NCBI RefSeq assembly: GCF_006345805.1
Contig: NC_042997.1
Span: forward strand, 139,252,001-139,316,000
Direction of reading: 5' to 3'
Length of the DNA: 64,000 nucleotides
From: Octopus sinensis
Taxonomy: Eukaryota
Shown here piece by piece: positions 53,701-64,000 of the stretch. The notes beneath the pieces were generated by a model that ran no database searches, was not told the DNA's origin, and worked only from the letters and a program-made list of their open reading frames with translations. The translations under genes were made by a program, and so were the position numbers. Position 1 is the stretch's first letter, and each line of letters begins with the position of its first letter.

Positions 53701-54904
53701 TGTGACCTTCCATTTTGAAGACTCTAGTGCACTGATTTTCAAACAGTGTGCTTCACGGGTATCTAAATATGCTATGCATTTTTAAAAAGGTTTTTAGAAA
53801 ACCTATACTTGTGCTTCAGCGTCATGAAAACAAGCTGATTATTTTTTTATATATATGCATGTTTCATAAACAAAAAACGGTAAACAATGTTTTTCTATGA
53901 CTATTTTTGTAAATTTATAACTTTAAAACATTGTTTTCCATTACTTGCCAGATGCACGAGTAATTTATTTTATTTATTTATGTATTTATTTATTATAAAA
54001 GAATAAAAGATAGCTTTAGAGTATGATTTTAGGGAGATTTGACAACTATAGCCAGCAGGTTGAGTGGCCGTTTAGAAGATCTCTCATTATTTGGTCGCTT
54101 GTTTTTCTCTTTCTTCATTTTATTCTGTGTTGAAATTTCTTTAATCACAATTTTCTTTCGACAACGATAATACCTTCAGATACATCTGATTTATAGCTTA
54201 ATAATATACAGAATTACATTTCGACAGATTGGCACTAGCTGTTCAAGAACCAGACAATTGAATGTCATTAAACTCTCTTTAGAAAATAATTTTAACAACG
54301 CCTCTTCGTTGTCTGGATACAGCGAAGCCACCATTATTTACTCTTTTCATCGACTTTAATGATGACAGAAAAATAGAAGCAAAAAATAAAACAGTAAATA
54401 AATGGCGAGCGCACAGATACACACAGATACTTATACGTGTGTATATGTGAGTACACAGAGTTAGGCATTGACAAATACATATTTCTGCTCATAAAATCTG
54501 CATACACATAAATATATGAACACTTATGTACTGACTAGCAAAATTACACACATATCTACAATAGAGACTTTCATATAATGCATAAAATGCAAATATAGGC
54601 GTACACAAATTAATACACATACAACACGAATATATGCTACATCCATGGAATACATACAAACACACATGCAGTTGAATATATATATATAGTATATAAGCAA
54701 TAAATGCGTGCGATATATATATATCCACGCATACATACATTTTCGAGCAGGTGGTAGGTCAAAATGCACTTTAAACTTCCAACCGCAAAGAGATAAACCA
54801 CACACACATACAATCATATATATATTATACACATACACACACAAAATCAGAAAGGATACTGTTAATTCGAAAATTACAATGACAATGCATGCATTTATAT
54901 AACA

Positions 54905-55289
54905 ACTAGCAGTATCGCCCGGCGTTGCTCAGTTTTGTAAGGGAAATAACCATAAAGCATTTTTAGAGAGTTATAGCCAAAAAATAGCAAAAAAATGGAA
55001 AAAAAATGATGGTAAATTTTTTTGAGAGTTAAAAAGGTGGAGTTGCGTCCCCTAGACGGTCTGTGGTTTGGGTTTCTGATTCTCGACCCCATGTCGAATT
55101 TATCGATTTTTTTTCAGAACTGGGGGAACTTTTCAAAATTTTCGCTGCGTTAGTTTTGAATTATGACATTGGGCTATGTGTGTGTCAAGTTTCATCAGAA
55201 TCGGTTGAAAGCCGTGGTCAGAGTGAGGGTACGAGAAAACAGACACACAGAAAACGCACAGACAAACTGCCGTTTATATAGAGAGAGAT
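54905..55289 (+). mobile_element. Helentron/HINE-like MITE (second subfamily)
   Basis: Shares about 70 bp of 5' end with 37707. 3' end caaactgccgtttatatagagagagat. Confidence 0.6.
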
Positions 55290-55352
55290 AAAGACGTATA
55301 AAGCATTCTAGAAATTTAGTCTGAAGTATGCAAACGTGTATGTGTGTGTGTG

Positions 55353-55385
<33 letters not shown>

Positions 55386-55579
55386 GTGCGTGCGTGTGTG
55401 TGTGTGTGTGTATGGACACATACGGACGTACGTAGATGACCGCTACATAGATAAAACGTACAAATCCATGCACGCAGTGAATTGCATACATACGCATACA
55501 TATGAGTGTGTGTTCATATATGTAAAAATACAAATATGGAAGCACACATGCAATATATATACATACATACATAATATTG

Positions 55580-55720
55580 GTTTCAACATCGACCCCAGTT
55601 CTCAACTGGTAATTATTTTATCGACCCCGAAAGGATGAAAGATAAAGTGGAATTTGGCGTAAAATCGGAAGAAATACCGCTAAGCATTTTATTCGACGCG
55701 GTAACAATTCAGCCAGCTTA
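55580..55720 (-). mobile_element. SINE family B, partial
   Basis: atcgaccccgaaaggatgaaag...gaaataccgctaagcattt. Confidence 0.7.
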
Positions 55721-56069
55721 CCGTCTTACACACACATATAATATTTCCCATAATTTATTCGTGGACAACCGAAAGATCTCTGCCCGGAAACAGCTGGATT
55801 TAATTACATTTTCTGCTGATATAGGAATGGAGATTAGTCAAAAGAAATATTCATATTTAACACCTGAACTTAGAAAAAAAAATGTTCCCCAAACTCAGAC
55901 GTACGTAGATGACCGCTATATACTTGCTGTGTTCCACAAAATGAGTGCCACAAATACCTCGGTGATGATTAAAATATTTCATAAAATAGTACCGTGAACA
56001 AGAAGAGAATAGCCATAGAAAATCAGTAGACTTCAAAATATTTGGTAATCAAAGCTTTCCTCTTACAAG

Positions 56070-56838
56070 AAGACAATATCCCTCGATGGATTTGATGTAC
56101 CAATACTGATACCAACGTTTCGGATATTCAACTGGTTAAGGAGGAAATCCACTCCATAGACATTAAAAGTCATAAGATCATGACATTGGTTGCAAATTTC
56201 CACAGAAACAGCAATATCGACTGACTCTGTGAGAAGAAAAGAACGAAGAAAAGGCTTAAGATTAGTACAAACTGCATTCGAACATTGTGTGATATCGCTC
56301 AGACAACACCTGCTAAACAATAGCAGCGAAAATGAATACATCAACCATGTGTTGATAAATGAAGTGAATAACATCCTGCAGGTGGGCAGTGAACTTCTCA
56401 AGAAATACTCATTTCCTGATGACCTCTCCAAGAAGAGAAATACTCGACAAAAACCACAAAAAGGTAATACATTGGTATATTTCCTGTAAACTAGGAAATA
56501 TTTACGTGATGTATAAGCCTGTTCTCGACTCGCAATGGACACATCATATCACATCTTGATAGCTATATCACGTCACATCTTGATGGTGATGCCTTAGCAA
56601 TCCAAGAGCAGAGCTAGCTACAAGACATCTCATGAACAAACAAAACAGCAAAGCCTTTAAACATTCGAAGATGCAACTGCATGTGTCAAATATGTCCCTT
56701 TTCTGTGGATGAAACAGCGAGTTTTAATCAACAGATGTCCAAACATTTCATCGAGTACTAGCTTCCATTGTGACATCATGTTGTTGCTAAAACAATTTAC
56801 TATGCCATCTGCAGAAAAGACTGTCCTGGGATAAATGC

Positions 56839-56901
<63 letters not shown>

Positions 56902-57730
56902 TGTGTGTGTGTGTGTATGTGTGTGTGTGTGTGTAGGCGTAAGAGTGGCTGTATGGTAAGTAGCTTGCTTACCAACCACATGGTAACCGGTTCATCGCAC
57001 TGCGTGGCACCTTGGGCAAGTGTCTTCAACTATAGCCTCGAGCCGACCAAAGCCTTGTGAGTGGATTTAGTAGACGGAAACTGAAAGAATCCCGTCGTAT
57101 ATATATGCGTGTGTGTGTGTGTGTGTGTGTCTGTGTCTGTGTTTGTCCCTCCCCAAAACATCGCTTGACAACCGATGCTAACTTAGCGTTTCGGCAAAAG
57201 AAACCGATAGACTAACTACTAGGCTTATAAAAAATAAGTCCTGGGGTCGATTTGCTCGATTAAAGGCCGTACTCCAGCATGGCCACAGTCAAATGACTGA
57301 AACAAGTAAAAGAGTAAAAGAGTAAATATATATAACACCTCTGCTATGGAATGCATACATACTTATCAGAATTATCAGAAAATGGAATATTGTTGGAATA
57401 TTCCCATCAAAACCTCTACCAAATACAAACGTAACAGACCTGGCATAGTTGTTTGGGACAAACAGAAAAGTCATGTACAGTCATAAAGTGGGTTACCCGC
57501 CAGTTGTGAACATTTCTTCCAAGATCATAGATAACATTTATAAGCATCAGCTTGGAGAGCTGCAACTTCACATTCATACCAATGATCATTGGTACACTCG
57601 GTTATGTTATGTTAGTCACAATTTGGGGAGGCTAGAATTTCAAGCAAAGAGACCGGCTAACACGATCTTTAGAATACAATCAGTAAGTAGAATAGAGAAG
57701 ATACGCAAAGCTTTCTTAAGTCAGTATGTA
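56070..57730 (+). mobile_element. Decayed R4/Dong-clade (RLE) non-LTR retrotransposon 3' fragment, interrupted by a SINE
   Basis: NFHRNSNID, RKGLRLVQTAF, CRLC-like remnant, and WWNIPIKT..NRP(G)IVVWDK endonuclease-like motif at about 57390-57470. Confidence 0.7.
56936..57325 (+). mobile_element. SINE family A, full length
   Basis: ggcgtaagagtggctgtatggtaag...accttgggcaagtgtc...ccagcatggccacagtcaaatgactgaaacaagtaaaagag. Confidence 0.85.
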
Positions 57731-57989
57731 CAAATTACACTGATCAACACAATTAAATGTATTATACTCATTATGAATGCAAACCAATTTTTTAGACTAA
57801 TTTTTCATGCTAATTTCAAAATTTCACTCCATTTGTATGCAGCATGTATGCTGATTTTACAGTAGATGCATGCAAATATTTACGTATTTGTAGATATGAA
57901 ATCATTAACGTAATAAATAAGGGCATATTATTTTTAGAAATTAAACGAGTTTATTGAATAAAAAATCATCACTATCATTCTACAAATAG

Positions 57990-58990
57990 TGAAGACACAA
58001 AAAATGGGTCAGACAAAATAAAGTTAGAACAACAATGCATTGGCAGTACCAGTGCTAATCCCAACATTTGGGATATTTGATTGGTCTGTAAAGGGAATCC
58101 ACTCCATAGATATCAAAACCCGCAAAATCCTGACACAATTAGGCACTTCCACAGAAACAGTGATGTTGAAAGGCTCTACCTAAGAAGAAATGCAAATGGT
58201 AGAGGCCTGAGATCAGTACAGACGGCCTTCGAATGCCGTATGGTATCACTCAGGCAACACCCGCTAAACAACAGCAGCAAAAATAAATATATTAAAGCTG
58301 TCCTTTAAAGTGAAGTGAGCAGCATTGTATGAGCTGCTAGCGAACTCCTCAAGAAGCACTCTATTCCTGATGATCTCCTATACAGCCCCAAAACAGCTGG
58401 GCTCTCTTATCTCAGGGAAGACCTGAATTGAAAGCACTCAGCATTAAAAAAGAAGACCATGTATGGGAATGTTGCCCGGAAGCTTGAAGAAGACAGTAGA
58501 ATTGACACGAAGCACAGCCTGTCTTGGTCACAAGACCACTACATCATTACACTTTGAAGGCTATGCGTTTGCAATCCTGGAACAGGAGATTGCTACAAAG
58601 TACCTGGTGAACAAGAGATACAGTGACGCTCTTGTAATCCCAAGATGCAACCGCATGTGTAGGCTATGCCATGTTCCTGTGGAAGACATTATGCATGTGA
58701 TTAGCAGCTGTCCTAAAATGTTGTCCCTATGTAGCACGATGTTGTTACAAAAACAAGTTACAATGCCATCCGCAAAAAAGACTATCCTGAAATAAACTTA
58801 CAAACTCTCTAATAAACACAAACTCAATGAATACTGGTGGAATATTCCCATCAAAACTTCTGTCAAATGTAAGCATAACAGGCCGGATTTCTTGCATTAC
58901 AAGTCCAATCTGTGAGTGGAACTGTAAAAATATACAAGACTTTTCTCAAGTACCAAATGCGAATTTGTCTGTGTTAACTACATCTCAAAG
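57990..58990 (+). mobile_element. Second R4/Dong-clade fragment
   Basis: FHRNSDVERLYLRRNANGRGL, EGYAFAILEQEIATKYL and CRLCHVPVEDIMHVISSCPKM. Confidence 0.78.
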
Positions 58991-59772
58991 ATGGAGCCTT
59001 TTATCTTTGATGGAAATCTTCTCCCTCCTCAGTAGAAGATTTGTAATAATTAAAAAATAGAAGAGACATACATACATACATACATACATACATACATACA
59101 TACATACATGCATACATACTTGCTCGCATACATATATACGTAAATACATACATACATACATACATACATACATACATACATACATACATACATACATACG
59201 TTTGTACATAGCCACTTATGTGATATCCAAATTACAATGAAAGATTTTGTTTGAGAATTGGGACACCTTCTTTACTGCATAGAAATGTGAAAAATAAAAT
59301 CAGAAATGTGTGTATGTGTGTATACGCACACACACACACAATCATACACATACATACATACATGATGCACATACACTAGTACAAGCATACGTACCTATGT
59401 ATTTGCATACATATAATGCATCTCTCTCTCTCTCTATATATATATATTATATATATAACATATAGGCATAAAAACATGAATACCATACAAACAAACAATA
59501 CATGAAATACATAAATTTGTAATTTTGATACCTGAAATTACTAAACATGTTTATGGCTGCTGAAATAAATGCGCACATGTTGCACTAGTTACTGTTATAG
59601 AAAGGCTCATAAAATCCTGGTTAATTATCCTGACACATGAAACTAAGCATGACGATATATCTATCTATCTATCTATCTATCTATCAATCTATCTATATAC
59701 ACACACACGCGTGAAGGCGCGAGGCTCAGTAGTTAGGGCATTCGGCTCACGACCGTAACGTCGGGAGTTCTT

Positions 59773-59828
<56 letters not shown>

Positions 59829-59879
59829 CGTATACATATGTATATATGTACATATATATATATAAATATTTGCATGTGT

Positions 59880-59923
<44 letters not shown>

Positions 59924-59960
59924 TTTGTATATGTATATATATACATATACATATATATAT

Positions 59961-60034
<74 letters not shown>

Positions 60035-60529
60035 TATATTTATATACATATATATGTGTATGTATTCATATGTGAGTTTGTGTGTGTGTGCGTGCATGCA
60101 TATGTATATACGTATACGTACGTATGCTTCTATGATTCTATGTACATATTATATACATATATAATATATATATATATATATATATAATTTTCTTTCGAAA
60201 AATATAGCGTAGAAGTGCTCAAGTTGAAACCGAGGCGCTAGACAAGTATAATAGATACAGTAGAAAAGGTTCAAATCAGGTAGATTACGATTAACACATA
60301 CATATATAGCGTAAGCACTATTTTCCCTGATGTTGGGGGCATTCTATGGAAGTAAATCTTAAGATTCTTATGTAATCTGCACGAATGCATACCTGAAACG
60401 ATCATTGGAACACATTATTTTCCTCTAACATGTTACCCAAAACTCTTTTTAATGCCTGTTACTTTCTCTATATTATGTTTAGAAGTTTTAAAAAACGTAT
60501 TTTTCTATATTTCATTATTTTTATACTCT

Positions 60530-60707
60530 CTTTTTTCTTGTTTCAGTCATTTGACTACGGCCATGCTGAAGCACCGCCTTTAGACGAGCACCCAGGACTT
60601 ATTCTTTAGAAGTCTATTACTTATTCTATCGGTCTCTTTTGCCATCGGTTGTTAAGCGATGTTAACGGGGAACAAACACATACACACAAATATATACACG
60701 CACAGAC

Positions 60708-60763
<56 letters not shown>

Positions 60764-60946
60764 TGTGTGTATACATATATACGACGGGATTCTTTCAGTT
60801 TCCGTCTACCAAATCCACTCACAAGGCTTTGGTCGGCCCGAGGCTTTAGTAGAAGACGTTTGCCCAAGGTGTCATGCAGCGGGAATGAACCCGGAACCAT
60901 GTGGTTGGTAAGCAAGCTACTTACCACACAGCCACTCCTACGCCTA
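60530..60946 (-). mobile_element. SINE family A, full length
   Basis: Tail tttcagtcatttgactacggccatgctg through head ccacacagccactcctacgcc. Confidence 0.85.
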
Positions 60947-61168
60947 TTTATCTATAGTCTATTATTATTATTATGTTTACATAACTATATATCTATATGT
61001 TCATGTATATTTATAGTATTCATATATTCTTATATTTCTATATTATTATATTTCTAATATATCAATATATGTTTCAGATTGGACAACTTTTATTCTATCT
61101 TAATTAAACCCGTGTATGTATGTGTTAGTCGTAGTCTGCCTGGTTTGAACCTTTTCTATTGTATCTAT

Positions 61169-61203
<35 letters not shown>

Positions 61204-61436
61204 GGGTATTTATATTTATATAAGTATATATGAATTAATATATTAATATATATATGTATGTATTGTGTATATGTGTGTGTATGTGTGTACATGTGTGTGT
61301 TTGCATGCGTGTGTGTGTGCGTACTTATAATTGATTTATCGTTCGAAAGGAAACCTCCTAAAAGTAAGTTTCTCTCTCCACCCTCCCTCTTTCTCTCCCC
61401 CATCTCTCTCTCTCTGCCTCTCACTATCTGTCCCTG

Positions 61437-61495
<59 letters not shown>

Positions 61496-61856
61496 TTTTC
61501 TCTCCATCTCTTTGTACTTCTCTTTTTTTATTTCAACACTTTATATACTGCCTTTTCCTTTGCATAAATCCACCAATTGTATATGCGATGTTCTACAATA
61601 ATTGTATGCGATGCTCTATAACAGCAAGGAAATTCAATGCAACCTATAATTTCTTTATTGACGATCTTAAGATCTTACACTAGGAAAATCCACACTTCTG
61701 AGAGACAGCTAGATTTAATAACATTTTTAACTGTAATTTAACCAAGAAAACATTCAAACCTAATAGTAGAACTTGCGCAAACTGTATTGAATACCGAAGC
61801 ATCTATATCAACGACTTACTCTCTCTGAACGTCTCTCTCTCCCTTTCTCTCTTTCC

Positions 61857-61933
<77 letters not shown>

Positions 61934-61954
61934 CTTACATATATATGTATATTG

Positions 61955-61995
<41 letters not shown>

Positions 61996-62254
61996 TCCCT
62001 CTCCCACTCTCTTTTAAGGAATGAATTCTTTGGTACTGATGTACTGATGAAAATATTTCAGTCAGTATTACTACGAACAAAAATGAAATTGCTAAGTCTA
62101 AGAAACATATAAGCAGTGGAAATTTTTCTCAAGCATAACAATGTCTCACAATGCATTTGAAGTGCCAGTTCTTGGAATAGTGATGAGGATATGAAATTAG
62201 ACAAGAGATGGACTTTCCCTCGATGACGTTAAAATTATTTCTACTTATTACAGG

Positions 62255-62700
62255 CACCAGGCCCGAAATTTTGGGAGAGAGGGATAGGCGATTACATCAA
62301 ACCGAATACTTAATTGGTGTTTATTTTATCGACCTGGAAAGGATGAAAGACAAATTCGACCTCAGCGGGATTTGAATTCAAAACCTAAGCCGGGAGATAT
62401 ACCTATTTCTTTACTACCCACAAGGGGCCAAACACAGAGAGGACAAACAAGGACAGACAAACTGATTAAGTCGATTATATCGACCCCAGTGCGTAACTGG
62501 TACTTATTTAATCGACCCCGAAAGGATGAAAGGCAAAGTCGACCTCGGCGGAATTTGAACTCAGAATGTAACGACAGACGAAATACGGCTAGGCATTTCG
62601 CTTGGCGTGCTAAAGTTTCTGCCAGCTCGCCGCCTAAGCCGGAAGAAATACCGCTAAGCATTTTGTCTGATGTGCTCACGATTTTGTCAGCACTTCGCTT
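62255..62700 (-). mobile_element. Older SINE family B copy split by a younger SINE
   Basis: Core at 62310-62385. Head resumes at 62635 with gaaataccgctaagcatttt. Confidence 0.75.
62404..62634 (-). mobile_element. SINE family B with Tx1-type tail and 18-bp TSD (2 mismatches)
   Basis: TSD taagccgggagatatacc (62386-62403) vs taagccggaagaaatacc (62635-62652). Tail rc tttgtcctctctgtgtttggccccttgtgggtagtaaagaaata. Confidence 0.88.
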
Positions 62701-64000
62701 CATTACTCACACCTGAAATAAACTTCGGGAGATGTTTAACATCAGTCCAAACAGTTTCTGATAGCGATCGCATAACACTCTGAAACAAGATACATCAACC
62801 AAGCATTCAAAATAAGGAAAACAATATCGTGTAAGCCATAAGGGAAGTTTTCGTGTTAAAAGCTTGCAAATATCATTCGTGACCTAAGACCTAACTCCCT
62901 AGAGGATAAATAAACAACTAAATAGCTAAAAGCTATGTGTGGGTATGCACCCACCATCAGCTTGAGTATGGTGTCAACATCAATGTCATCATCGACAGGA
63001 AGTGTAACCACTCTGGTTTAGATGACTTTTACAATTTGTCACATTTCAAAGGTTATATTTTAGTAATCCCGAAAACGAGAGACAGCTGTACAATAGCTCA
63101 CGAACCACAGAGATAATGTGAAGCCAGCCATAGGATCCCATGATGCAACTGACAGTAGCGTCAGTGTGTCGCATTTCAGTATATGACATTTAACATAATC
63201 CGTAGCTTAAGGAGAATGTCAATGAATTAGGTTCTTAGTGGCGGCATGGTGTTGTGAAACCAAGATATACGATATTGCCTGTAGGAAACACTGCGCTGTG
63301 GTGACTATAAAAATACCACTGGCTAAGAATATATCCGCATACCTTCAGTACAAATAACGTTAATGTCAGCCTCTATGGATTCGCTGGACCTGCCAGAAAT
63401 AGCAGCTAAATCTTATTTAAGTGACAACTTTCCATCTTCAGAAGTGAGTGATATATTGGATAGAATAGCTCTCGATACCGAATATACTAGAAATAAACTA
63501 GAAATAGACGAAATGGTCATGAACGAAACGCCATTCGGTCTTAGCTTTGCTTTGTCAGAGGCTAACAACTACAACCCCCCCCCCCAAAAAAAAAAACAAT
63601 ATTTTCATTGGAAAAGTTGCAAGAAAAAAAGGGAAACAGTATGGAAAGTCTTTCATAAACTTCAACTTTTATACACAGAGTATAGATATACCTACAAAAT
63701 TACAAAAACTGATCAAAAGAGGAGTAACTCGAGCCAGCCACTTTAGATAATTCATGTAGGTGGTGTTGTATTAGATTACATACGTAACTAAATTCTCTGG
63801 AAATTGAAATTTGTCTTTAGCGGGAAAATGCATTTAAAAGTCTAACGGTAGTTGCCAACAATTCTCAGAGACAAAGATAGAGAATTTTCATCTTCAGAGG
63901 AAAAAATTTTATTTTTGTGTGTTAACAAGTTCATAGTTTTATGCATGTTTCCTACCTCATCAGTTACCTTATCTGTAAAACATTGATGCTTCCAAATGAC

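Overview
AT-rich, repeat-saturated eukaryotic DNA. Its SINE families and microsatellite load point to a cephalopod, probably Octopus (inferred from remembered repeat motifs, not searched). No host gene exon could be supported, and almost all short ORFs in the track are microsatellite or antisense artefacts. The window is a nest of mobile elements: two tRNA-derived SINE families (CORE-type and Meta-domain-like), hAT/Charlie, mariner and maT DNA transposons, Helentron-like MITEs, Penelope and R4/Dong fragments. The most interesting structure is an L1/Tx1-type retrotransposon lineage that appears to parasitise other repeats. (1) A full-length 5.35-kb copy with a 17-bp TSD sits in a 360-bp tandem array in which each full unit carries a type I hammerhead ribozyme with a U3-A8 core (retrozyme/Penelope-pLTR-like). 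(2) An ORF1-only 'half-element' sits in a CORE-SINE, next to a second 3' end at the same site. (3) A 5'-truncated copy sits in the head of a Meta-like SINE. (4) A 3' fragment sits in a (GATA)n tract. Two TSD-flanked Meta-like SINE copies carry this LINE's 3' tail and are followed by the same GGTAT(T/A)T junction motif. Both have that motif altered in their own heads.
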